Shown: piece after piece, positions 13,190 to 24,238 of the stretch
Numbering within the stretch: position 1 is the stretch's first letter
Layout: each line of letters opens with the position of its first letter
From: Octopus bimaculoides
Taxonomy: Eukaryota
Length of the DNA stretch: 64,000 bases
Assembly (NCBI RefSeq): GCF_001194135.2
Contig: NC_068984.1
Span: 80,199,345 to 80,263,344 of the forward strand
Direction of reading: 5' to 3'
Program-made: the position numbers and the translations under genes
Notes under the pieces: model-generated
What the model saw: the letters and a program-made list of their open reading frames with translations, nothing else
What the model was told of the DNA's origin: nothing
The model's database searches: none

Positions 13190-13670
13190 AGTTGCATGTG
13201 TAGTCTTTGAATGTAAAACGTTTAATCAGACAGTCTATAAGAACTGGAGACATGACAAAATAACTACAATCTTCCATTGGTGAATTTGTAACGAATATGG
13301 ATTTGATCATGTTGAAGAATATTGTGTGCATGAAACAAAACATGTCCTTCAAAATGACCATGTAAAGGTATTGTGGAATGGGAGAAGTGAAATAGATAGA
13401 CAAAAGAAATATTCATGCCCAGATATTGTCATACTTAGTAAAGAAGAGTGTGTTATTTAATTAATGTTGCCTGCTTGTTTGAGTGGCAGAGCAAAACTAT
13501 GAGAAAACAGAACCTAAAATACAAACTTCAGTGAATCAGAAATTGTTAACGTTACACCACTTGCAATAAGAGCCTTAGGAGCATGGCAAGAAGTTTGAAT
13601 GGTTGATTGAAGATGTTGGATATCAAGATGACTTTCCTGTTTTAATAGAAAGCTTCTTTGTTTGCTACAA
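13190..13670 (+). mobile_element. Older, decayed R4/Dong-type REL endonuclease fragment
   Basis: Broken frames read RHDKI..FHW.IC..YGFDH...VLQNDHVKVLWN...PDIVIL...ALGAW. Confidence 0.6.
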
Positions 13671-13800
13671 CAAGGACAATAACAGCAAGGTGCTAAGTAG
13701 TTAAGGTTGTAAGATGTAGCTTTGATATCTAGCAATCCAATATCACTAAAGCCACAAATACTGAGTGAATGAAGGGAATAATAGTAATAATGATAATAAT

Positions 13801-14363
13801 AAAAGAAATTTAAAAAAACAGAAAGCAACCATACTCTGGGATATGCCAATACACACAGATAGAGAAATTAAGGCAAATAGACCAGATATAGTTGTCAAAG
13901 ATCATGAAGAAAAAAAATGCTTTCTAATTGATGTATCAATACCAGCAGATGACAACGTTTCCCTAAAAGAAATGGAAAAACTTTCAAAATACAAAGACCT
14001 GGAAATAGAGGTAACTCGAATGTGGAATCTAAAAACAGAAACAATTCCTATCATAGTAGGTGCCTTAGGTATAATAAAAAATATTNNNNNNNNNNNNNNN
14101 NNNNNNNNNNNNNNNNNNNNNNNNNNNNNNNNNNNNNNNNNNNNNNNNNNNNNNNNNNNNNNNNNNNNNNNNNNNNNNNNNNNNNNNNNNNNNNNNNNNN
14201 NNNNNNNNNNNNNNNNNNNNNNNNNNNNNNNNNNNNNNNNNNNNNNNNNNNNNNNNNNNNNNNNNNNNNNNNNNNNNNNNNNNNNNNNNNNNNNNNNNNN
14301 NNNNNNNNNNNNACAGAGCTGCGCTCGGTAGTGAAGTGAAAGCACGTTATAAAAATAAAACTA

Positions 14364-14370
<7 letters not shown>
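13801..14370 (+). mobile_element. R4/Dong-type non-LTR retrotransposon 3' end with an intact-looking REL endonuclease (gap inside)
   Basis: TILWDMPIHTDREIKANRPDIVVKDHEEKKCFLIDVSIPADDNVSLKEMEKLSKYKDL...IIVGALG carries the PD..D..K REL motifs; (AAT)n on both sides. Confidence 0.9.
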
Positions 14371-14401
<31 letters not shown>

Positions 14402-14418
14402 TAATAATAATATTATTC

Positions 14419-14648
14419 AGGGACCTTTTGAGTGGGATGGGCTACTCGACCTAAAGAAAATTCTAACTGGGCCCCACTTGCGAGGTCATGCGCTGTTTAT
14501 CTTGATATGAGATCACCATATCGCGCACATATGGTTGTGATGCATATGCCTGGTGTACCCTTATCAGACGGGTAATCATGATGGGTATAATGGGCTTCGT
14601 ATATTTTACCCCAGTGTCACTTTGATGGCATGCACTGCTCTCTCACTC
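14419..14648 (-). mobile_element. SINE-like element in an (AAT)n tract
   Basis: Higher-GC, CpG-containing 230-bp block bounded by AAT repeats; family recalled from cephalopod repeats, not verified. Confidence 0.5.
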
Positions 14649-14869
14649 AATAATAATAATAATAATAAGCTGCAGCACACACCACCTCACCAACACAAAA
14701 GTGCAACCAATGATGCAATAGCAAGCTGCTTGAAGCTATCAGGTGTCGAAAAATAATAGTGGTGATGACATTGGTGATAAACGTTACCTTACCTCAGTTT
14801 ATGAGAGACAGGTGTTTCCGTAGAAATAACGAAAATTAAGCTGGGTCTTTAAGAGAAGGCCTCTCGCTC

Positions 14870-15540
14870 AGCAGTGGTTCAGTGAAGATGCAGACTGACC
14901 ATGGCTGTTATCCTAATAGAGTAAGGAGGAGGAAGTGGACCAGTATAAAAAACAGGATAGTGATGCAGTGCTACTTAGAAAGTGAACCTAAAAGAAGGGA
15001 CTACAGAAAACGGATGTTAACACTTTGGGTAGAGAAGGGCATGTTTAAAGTGACTGAGCTAATGCTATTAGGAGAAGAAAGTGGATGACAGAATTGGAGG
15101 TGGAAGAGATTGCAAGAGAACTGGAAAAGAAAGACCAGGCAGTAGGAAAGACAAATGACAACATAAGAGATACAGCTCTACCAATAAGGAAGGGACAATT
15201 GGCATCAGTGACTTAAGTGGTTTATGTGAAGAAGATCAGAAGATTTTAGATGAGTTGCAGGAAGTAATGAGTAAAGAAGTAAGAAAAAGGTTGCCAGCAT
15301 TAAAAGGTTCCAACAAAAGAAGCTGCTAGATGGGACAAGGAAAGTAGATTCTGTTATCAGTAGGATAGATACTAAAGATATAGGAGACACTAATTTATGC
15401 AGAAGATTAGATATTCCTCAAAGAAAGATTAAAAAAGAGCAAATGTGTAAAAGGAGATTACAAAATAAAGTGAAGACTTTAAGACAAGATCTGAGTAGAA
15501 TAGAAGCCTAGAAACTGAACAAGTTAGGAAACTAAAAGCA
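14870..15540 (+). mobile_element. Decayed N-terminal region of an R4/Dong-like retrotransposon ORF
   Basis: RRRKWTSIKNRIVMQCYLESEPKRRDYRKRMLTLW resembles the R4-clade N-terminal domain; frameshifted downstream. Confidence 0.65.
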
Positions 15541-15720
15541 AAAGGCCTGAAATTTTGGTGGGAGGGGACTAGTCAATTACATCAACTCCAGTGTTTTACT
15601 GGTACTTAATTTATCATCCCTGAAAGCATGAAAGACAAAGTGAAACTCAGCGGCATTCGAACCCAGAATGTGTAGACATGAAATACCATAATAATATTAA
15701 TAATAATAATAATAATAACA

Positions 15721-16080
15721 ACAAGAGCACTCAGAGAGTGCAAAACTCTGCCTAGGTAACACCAACGTCCTCTCAACGGTTTGCCAGAGATGAATTTTAA
15801 AATGAGAATATCTGAAATAAACTCAACTGCACTCACAAATGAGAATACTAAAAATGAACCCGACCACTCTCAAAAATTAAGTTAAAAAATAGGAAAAATA
15901 ATCCAAAATCCTTGTCCAGCACCAGATCGATCTCAAAACCAAATCAGTTTGTGCCACTCATGAGGCCAAACATCCCTGAAAGTTTCATCCAAATCCATCC
16001 AGCGGTTCTTGAGATATCTTGTACACAGACAAACAAACAAAACAACTGAAAACAATGTCTGCCTTCGCTAAGGTGGAGGT
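15721..16080 (+). mobile_element. Non-autonomous Helitron/Helentron-like element
   Basis: Starts 'acaagagcactcagagag', contains 'aagtttcatccaaatcc..cagcggttcttgagatatc' and (AAAC)n, ends in the hairpin TCTGCCTT-cgct-AAGGTGGAG; sits in (AAT)n. Confidence 0.55.
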
Positions 16081-16441
16081 AATAATAATAATAATAATAG
16101 CAGTAATAATAATAACAACAACAATAATAATAATAGGAATAATAATAAAGGGAATAAGAATTCTGTTACAAGCACAAAGCCTGAAATTTTAGGAGAAGTG
16201 ACTAATAAATTACATCAGCCCCAGTGCTCAGCTGATAATTTTTTTATTGACTCTAAACGAATGAAAGGCAAAGTCGACTTTGGCTCAGAATTTGAACTCA
16301 ACATAAAACCAGAGGAAAAGCTGCTAAGCATTTTGTCTGGCATGCTAATGATTCTGCCAGCTTGTCACCTTGATTATGATGATGATAATAATATCAATAA
16401 TAACAATGATAATATCAATGATAATAATAATAATAATAATG

Positions 16442-16482
<41 letters not shown>

Positions 16483-17297
16483 CTGTCACAAATCAATACA
16501 AGCGGAGGGAGTATCACAAAGTGCAGAGGTAGATAATTAAGTTTAGTTCCTCATTTAATCAAATAGATTTCCTATGCATCGTCATTTGCCAAGAATTTCC
16601 AACTACGAGAAGAAGGCAGAGCTTGCTTTCTCACCGATACACCCCACAAAATGATACGGAGGGACGCACACATGTGAGCTTCTGGTTCAGTGAACTTTCA
16701 TCACCACAGTAAATTACATTGCTTCAGACCACCTTTCAATACCCACCTTTTACTCTCCATTCATCTATTACTACCACCTTTCTCCCTTTCTCTCTCTCTA
16801 TTTCCCACCCCTTAATCCTCTCTCTCCCTTTCTCTCTTATGCACAAACTTAACTATCTCTACAGATTCATATACACACATCCATTCTAATTTAATCGTGA
16901 AGGATGGATGATTGGCTAATTGTTCACATTCTGCTCTACAGATGCTCTCTCAATCTTTCTCTTCCATTCTTTTATCTCTCTGTCTCTTACTCCATATCTT
17001 TCCATCTGCTCTTTTCTTCTCTTCTCTCTCCATTTTCTCTCCCTCGTTTTCTGCTCCCCACCTACTCTCCCCCACTCCCCACCTACTATCCCCCTCCACT
17101 CTACTCTCCCTCACCCCCCTCTCTCTCATGCTAACTAGCACATGTTTACATTTCTGCACACATTCATATACTCATGCACATACACCTGTTCTATTTCAAT
17201 CTTGGAGAATTATTAGGTAATTGCTCTCATTATTCTCTTCCTTTCATTATAAGTGTTATTAACAGCTACTATCTATCTGTCTGTATGCCTGCCTGCC

Positions 17298-17350
17298 TAT
17301 CTATCTATCTATCCATCTATCCATCTATCTATCTATCTATCTATCTATCC

Positions 17351-17413
<63 letters not shown>
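17298..17413. repeat. (ATCT)n microsatellite running into a gap, then (CA)n at about 17588-17647
   Basis: Direct reading. Confidence 0.95.
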
Positions 17414-17587
17414 NNNNNNNNNNNNNNNNNNNNNNNNNNNNNNNNNNNNNNNNNNNNNNNNNNNNNNNNNNNNNNNNNNNNNNNNNNNNNNNNNNNNNNN
17501 NNNNNNNNNNNNNNNNNNNNNNNNNNNNNNNNNNNNNNNNNNNNNNNNNNNNNNNNNNNNNNNNNNNNNNNNNNNNNNNNNNNNNNN

Positions 17588-17650
<63 letters not shown>

Positions 17651-18099
17651 ATATATATATAATGCCAGGTTGGTATGAGTACTAGTGGTAACATGTAATC
17701 CAGTACAAACCTACTTCAATTGCCAGTGACTAAATCAGCACTTGACCCAATAGTTGAAGAGAGATGCTAAAAATCTGGTAGGAGCAAAAACAAGATCTGT
17801 CAAAAGGGGCAGAACCCAGTATAGGGGTGTCAATGATTATCTCACAATCACATGTGGGGGACATAGAAAAGCTGAAGATAATGAACGAGCAAGTTGTAAG
17901 ACTCCTTTGAGAATGATGTTCCTTGGTTTTTCTCAGATTACCTATCGTCAAGTTGGATATTCTTAAGGGTAGCCTGAGGGTCATTCAGTTTCTGGTTGCC
18001 CTTAATCAATGCTGGGCCACTGAAAGGAAAGCTATTCTGACTGTAAATCAAATCCAGTTGTGTGCACACTTCATCCTCCTCATCCTCATTGATATCATT

Positions 18100-18575
18100 A
18101 TTTAATGTCCATTAAATTTGACGACTGGCACCCATGCCAATGTCGTCTCCTTCATTGGAGACAAAACTCAGCTTGCGAAGACTTATTGAGGCAAGTGAAA
18201 GCGAAATCGGGATGGCACATGTGCCCAGCGTCGCCTTTCTGGCACTTGTGCCCATGGCATGTGTAAGGATTTTCGAGTGAGATTGTTGTCAGTGCCCCTG
18301 GACTGGCTTTTGTGCCGGTGGCACATAAAATACACCATTTTGAGAGTGACCGTTGCCAGTACCGCCTGACTGGCCTTCGTGCCGGTGGCACATAAAAGCA
18401 CCCACTACACTCTCTGAGTGGCTGGTGTTAGGAAGGGCATCCAGCTGTAGAAATTCTGCCAAATCAGATTGGAGCCTGGTGTAGCCATCTGGTACGCCAG
18501 TCCTCAGTCAAATCGTCCAACCCATGCTAGCATGGAAAGCGGACATTAAACGATGATGATGATGATGATGATGAT
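18100..18575 (+). mobile_element. Long family C repeat with internal tandem 'gtgccggtggcacataaaa' units and a (GAT)n tail
   Basis: Homologous to 38040-38700 and 44583-44801. Confidence 0.8.
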
Positions 18576-19662
18576 GTTCAATGCTGCCATAGATGGAATG
18601 GTTTGAACAGGAACCAATGGGTCCCAGTGGGTTCAGAGACTGCATTAAGCCCCCATATCTGTCTTGCCATGATTTCCGTGCTTGGATGCCCTCCCTAATG
18701 CCAGTACATTTTCGGTTTGTATTGTGTGCCTTTTTTCTTTCTTTTTTTTTTTTCATGCCATCAGTTCTTGTGAAGCTAGCATCAGGTGTACCCTGAGAGA
18801 GGGTTTCCATTATGCTAGGAGACAAGGGCTAAAGTAAGAGACAGAGGATGGGGCAGAGCAGGTTCTTGCAGTAGAAGGGCTATATGGCTACTCACATTTT
18901 AGAAGAGTTTGTTAAAACAATCAGCAGGAACTGTAAAGGTTTAATTAGGGGTGATTAAATGTCCAGGCTGCTTCTCAAGGTGCAAGGTGAGTAGATTTGA
19001 ATAGTGAGTGGGAACAGAAGAACAAGGAGTGTAAGTGGATGGGGATGTGAGAGTGTATAAGGGTGCAAGAGATGGGGCAGATGGGAGAGAGAAAAGTTGG
19101 TAATCACTATAAAGATTAGGTGAGGTTGAAGGATGGGTGGAGTTGAAGGCTGGGTGTAAAGATTGGAGGATGACCAATAATGCATGAGTTGGAGAGTGTC
19201 ACAGAATACAGAAGTGAACAGGGTGATGAGGAGAGCATCATGAAAGTAATGATGATATGGTTGACAGGGGAGGATGAGAGAGAGAGAGAGAGAGAGAGAG
19301 ATGACATGTGGTTGAGTTGGCTGCAAGAGTAGAGAAGAGAAAAGATAGGCATGTGCACGAGAAGCAATAATTTGCTAGTTCAATAGGGAAGATTTATAAT
19401 TTATTTTTGTGTATAGCAACTCTTTAGATCCACCGATATAGGACCTTTGAAAAGTAGCCACTATTGTTGCAGCAGTTGGAATTAAACCCCTTGAATGTCT
19501 TCTATTGTGTCTTTGCTTGTGAGGACAGATGGTAAGAGTGTAGAGTAGGTGAGAACAGCTTCAATTCTCCCGGTGGCATCCTCTACTGTTTTTGCTCTTT
19601 AAGAATGGGCATCTTCATCTAGACAATAGTTGTATTTGATATGTGTTGACTTACACAGAATA

Positions 19663-19696
<34 letters not shown>

Positions 19697-20051
19697 GGCA
19701 CTCAAAGACAACCAGGGGGGAAAATGATCACAGTATGAACTTTTAAATATAAAAACAGCATGAAGCTCTAGATTTGTATTTTATATTGTGCACTATATTT
19801 GAAAGTAATCAAGTTTGATTGAACCATTTTCAGTTAATATATATATATATATATATATGTGTGTTATACAGTTCAGGTAAATCCCAGCTGTTTTCTCTTG
19901 GAGCATATCTGTTTATTCCATTATTACAATCCAACATGTGGTCACAGTTGCTGCTGTGTATTCGTCAAAATACTATCAAAATTGAGAATCATGGAAATAT
20001 TATTTGCTAAGTTATTGTATAATAAAACAGGAAAGTGGAAATGTTTTGGCA

Positions 20052-20256
20052 TTATTTATTCTCCATTAGAGATGTTTCATTTTGTAATAGGAATTACAAA
20101 GATTTACATGTTAGATAGGCATGTAAGGAATTTCCTATTAGAAATTCTTCAGATTTTTTTTTCTGTCTGAAGAATCTGTAACAGATGTCTATCTAACATG
20201 TAAATATTTGTAATTTCTATTAGCAAATGAAACGAGTGTAATGGAGAAATAAATAA
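20052..20256. mobile_element. Palindromic MITE-like element (about 70-bp arms)
   Basis: 'atttattctccatta...tttacatgttagataggcat' versus 'atgtctatctaacatgtaaa...taatggagaaataaat'. Confidence 0.7.
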
Positions 20257-20469
20257 AACTAACAAATTTTCACGCTCCTGTTTTGTTATATATATATATA
20301 TATANNNNNNNNNNNNNNNNNNNNNNNNNNNNNNNNNNNNNNNNNNNNNNNNNNNNNNNNNNNNNNNNNNNNNNNNNNNNNNNNNNNNNNNNNNNNNNNN
20401 NNNNNNNNNNNNNNNNNNNNNNNNNNNNNNNNNNNNNNNNNNNNNNNNNNNNNNNNNNNNNNNNNNNNN

Positions 20470-20497
<28 letters not shown>

Positions 20498-20500
<3 letters not shown>

Positions 20501-21440
20501 CTCCCGCAAACAACTAGACTCCTTCCTCTCTTTTGTCAAATCTTTCCAACCTACCCTCCACTTCTTCTGCAATATTTCCAACACTTCCATCGCCTTTCTC
20601 AACATTTCGGTCAGCATTCATCACTCGACTTTCACCACCTCCATCTACTACAAGCACGCAGACTTACACTCATACCTCAACTTCTCCTCCTCCCACCCTA
20701 CCCACACCGAGCTCTTCATCCCCTATTCCCAATTCCTCCGTCTGCGCAGGCTCTTCAGTCACAACCATGACTTTGAGACTCAATCTCAACTCATGGCTCA
20801 CCACTTCATCCTATGTGGATATCCCCTCACCACTATCCACACCACCCTTACCAGAGTACATTCTGTGGACTGTGCATCTGCTCTCTCCCCCTACACCCGC
20901 TCCTCCGTCACCCATCTCCTGTTTCCATCACCCACCACCCCTCCACCCTACCTCTCCAATGCACCATTCTCCGAGCCTTCTAGTGACTCCAGTCTGACCC
21001 CCCCGCCACTTCGCACATCTTCCCTAACTGACTCCTTCCCTCCTTCAAACAAGCCCACAACCTACATGCCCTCCTGGTCCACAATTTCTTCCCTAACCCA
21101 ACCTCTCAACTCAGCTCATTCCCCTGCTCCCACCCATGCTGCTGCATTTGCCTTTACCTCTCTAACACCACCATCCTAACAAGCACCCATCATTGACCCT
21201 ATTATATCAATGACCCCTTCACCTGCACTTCCAGCAATGTCATCTACTGCATCTCCTGCTCTCCCTGTCCTTCTCTGTACATCAGTTAAATGGACGCCAC
21301 TTGGCTAACCAGTTCATGGAACACCTCTGAGATATCAGACTTGGCAACAACACCCTGGCCTCATGCCATTTCCACTCTACCGGTCATTCTTTACAACACC
21401 TGTCTGTGTTCGGATTGTCCTCTCACACCTACTTCCTCCC
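20498..21440 (+). pseudogene. Penelope-like element: RT C-terminus plus GIY-YIG endonuclease, decayed
   Basis: SIAFLNISV...TTSIYYKHADLHSYLNFSSSHP...IPYSQFLRLRR...GYP, then FTCTSSNVIYCISC..C..LYI..GRHL...EHL.DI...HF; stops and frameshifts. Confidence 0.9.
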
Positions 21441-22885
21441 TTCACTCCCACCCACCTCTCATCTCTTCTCTTGCTCTGACACCTACTTCCTCTTTTCACT
21501 CCTACCCACCTTCTCCCTTCCACCCTCTCCCTTCATTGTCACCCCCTCCATCTTTACCCCACCCCTATACATTCCAACCACACCATCCCATTCCACCCCA
21601 CCCCATCCCACGCATTCCACTCCCACNNNNNNNNNNNNNNNNNNNNNNNNNNNNNNNNNNNNNNNNNNNNNNNNNNNNNNNNNNNNNNNNNNNNNNNNNN
21701 NNNNNNNNNNNNNNNNNNNNNNNNNNNNNNNNNNNNNNNNNNNNNNNNNNNNNNNNNNNNNNNNNNNNNNNNNNNNNNNNNNNNNNNNNNNNNNNNNNNN
21801 NNNNNNNNNNNNNNNNNNNNNNNNNNNNNNNNNNNNNNNNNNNNNNNNNNNNNNNNNNNNNNNNNNNNNNNNNNNNNNNNNNNNNNNNNNNNNNNNNNNN
21901 NNNNNNNNNNNNNNNNNNNNNNNNNNNNNNNNNNNNNNNNNNNNNNNNNNNNNNNNNNNNNNNNNNNNNNNNNNNNNNNNNNNNNNNNNNNNNNNNNNNN
22001 NNNNNNNNNNNNNNNNNNNNNNNNNNNNNNNNNNNNNNNNNNNNNNNNNNNNNNNNNNNNNNNNNNNNNNNNNNNNNNNNNNNNNNNNNNNNNNNNNNNN
22101 NNNNNNNNNNNNNNNNNNNNNNNNNNNNNNNNNNNNNNNNNNNNNNNNNNNNNNNNNNNNNNNNNNNNNNNNNNNNNNNNNNNNNNNNNNNNNNNNNNNN
22201 NNNNNNNNNNNNNNNNNNNNNNNNNNNNNNNNNNNNNNNNNNNNNNNNNNNNNNNNNNNNNNNNNNNNNNNNNNNNNNNNNNNNNNNNNNNNNNNNNNNN
22301 NNNNNNNNNNNNNNNNNNNNNNNNNNNNNNNNNNNNNNNNNNNNNNNNNNNNNNNNNNNNNNNNNNNNNNNNNNNNNNNNNNNNNNNNNNNNNNNNNNNN
22401 NNNNNNNNNNNNNNNNNNNNNNNNNNNNNNNNNNNNNNNNNNNNNNNNNNNNNNNNNNNNNNNNNNNNNNNNNNNTAGGGATTGACAGTAACCTGCTTCT
22501 CCAACATACTGAGAATTCAGAAATAGCAGTCAAAGAACTACTGATTTCAAAACTACAAATTATTACTCCAGATTGATAGTGATATTTTTGATACACACAG
22601 AACAAAAAACAGTAGAGAAGAGTAAAAAAACCACCTGCCTTTAGTTAATTTAGTACGATCGTTTCACAGTTAAGAGTAAAGAATACTCTATTCTGATCTT
22701 CAGCTAAATATTCCAATAAATTTGTTAATGTCTAAATAACTCACATTAATTTTGACCATGCGAACATCAATACCACATGAGGAAGACGATTAGAAATTTA
22801 TCGGCCAGTGAGTTCATACTGAGCTACCCGGCAAAATTGTTAATTATTAATTTTATTACTAATTGACGATTCCCTGCCCTGCATA

Positions 22886-22918
<33 letters not shown>

Positions 22919-22997
22919 NNNNNNNNNNAATGTAGATGAAATATTGAGTGTTCAATATAAAGGATCAAATATATAAATATATAAATATAAATATATA

Positions 22998-23042
22998 AAG
23001 GCGACTCGAGTTTCAGGGCTATTTCCCTTCGTCATGGCCGGT
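22998..23042 (-). ncRNA. Type I hammerhead-ribozyme-like motif (probably degenerate), Penelope-type
   Basis: Minus strand GGC-CA-TGACGA-AGGG-aaatag-CCCT-GAAAC-TCGA-GTC-GCC: stem II, palindromic stem III (ACTCGAGT), GUC triplet and 3-bp stem I; core has one extra or changed base. Confidence 0.55.
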
Positions 23043-23185
23043 ATGACAGACTTTAACAGCCATTTCAAGGATGTCATGACCACATTAGGGATTAATAAAT
23101 CCAAATTTCATTGGTTTAATCTCCATCACATGGGAAGAAAATCTCCACACTATGTTATAAATTATTACAATAAGTATTATTAATA

Positions 23186-24238
23186 ATAAGGCAAGAAAAT
23201 GGTGAGTTTAAGATGTTTAGTTAATTTATTTGCATCATAGTTTGAAGCTGAAATTCAAAAACTAATAAATTTTCCAAAAGTACAAAAGAAATTCAAAAAA
23301 TTCTACGTAGCTGTTTGGTAAGTAGCTTGCTTACCAACCACATGGTTCTGGGTTCAGTCCCACTGTGTTGCATCTTGGGCAAGTGTCTTCCACTATAGCC
23401 TCGGCCAACCAAAGCCTTGTGAGTGGATTTGGTAGACGGAAACTGAAAGAAGCCCGTCGTATATATGTATATATATATGTGTGTGTTTGTCCTCCTAGCA
23501 TTGCTTGACAACCGATGCTGGTGTGTTTATGTCGCCATCACTTAGCGGTTCAGCAAAAAAGACCAATAGAATAAGTACTAGGCTTACAAAGAATAAGTCC
23601 TGGGATCAATTTGCTCGACTAAAGGCAGTGCTCCAGCATGGCCACAATCAAATGACTGAAATAAGTAAAAAGTAAAAAAAAAGTATATGTTTCAATTCTG
23701 ACCCCTTAGTAATTCATAATTTGAAGCATTTGGGTCAAATCCAATGTTAAAAATTGGTTATCATTTTAAACTGCATGGGGCAGAATCTCTTCAGGTTTTA
23801 ATTTTTTTTTTTGTTTTTATAAAATGATGGTTACATTTTTCTTGAAGGGATTCATGCAGATTAAAATGATAACCAATTCTTAACATTGGATTTGATCCAA
23901 AGTATGAATTACTAAGGGACCAGAATCGAAACATGTGTAGGTTTTCTTGAGTTTCTTGAATCCCTTCATGAAAGATGTAACCGTGATTTTATAAAAACAA
24001 AAATAAACCTGAAGAGATTCTGCCCCATGCAGTTTAAAATGATAACCAATTCTTAACTTTGGATTTGACCCAAATGCTTTGAATTATGAATTACTAAGGG
24101 GCCAGAATCAAAACATATGTAAGTTTTTTGAGTTTCTTTAGTACTTTTAAAAAATTTATTTGTATTTAAATTTTAACTTCAAACTATGATACAAATAAAT
24201 TAACTATACATTCTCAACTCTCCATTTTCTTATCTTAT
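23186..24238. mobile_element. Foldback/MITE-like element with long imperfect inverted arms, interrupted by a SINE
   Basis: Left arm 23186-23305 plus 23685-23855 mirrors right arm about 23955-24238; partial third arm copy at about 23855-23950; AT-rich flanks. Confidence 0.75.
23307..23683 (+). mobile_element. tRNA-derived SINE family A inserted into the foldback element
   Basis: Full family A sequence; host arm resumes on both sides. Confidence 0.85.

Noticed and set aside
18230-18400. CRISPR-like spaced repeats (gtgccggtggcac units; also 38220-38480)
   Set aside because: Internal tandem repeats of a eukaryotic retroelement tail; spacers are related to each other and there are no cas genes
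19428-20010. Plus-strand exon pair (donor gtaaga at about 19532; ORF 19819-20010)
   Set aside because: The best acceptor gives stops in all frames, alternatives are arbitrary and no homology is recognised
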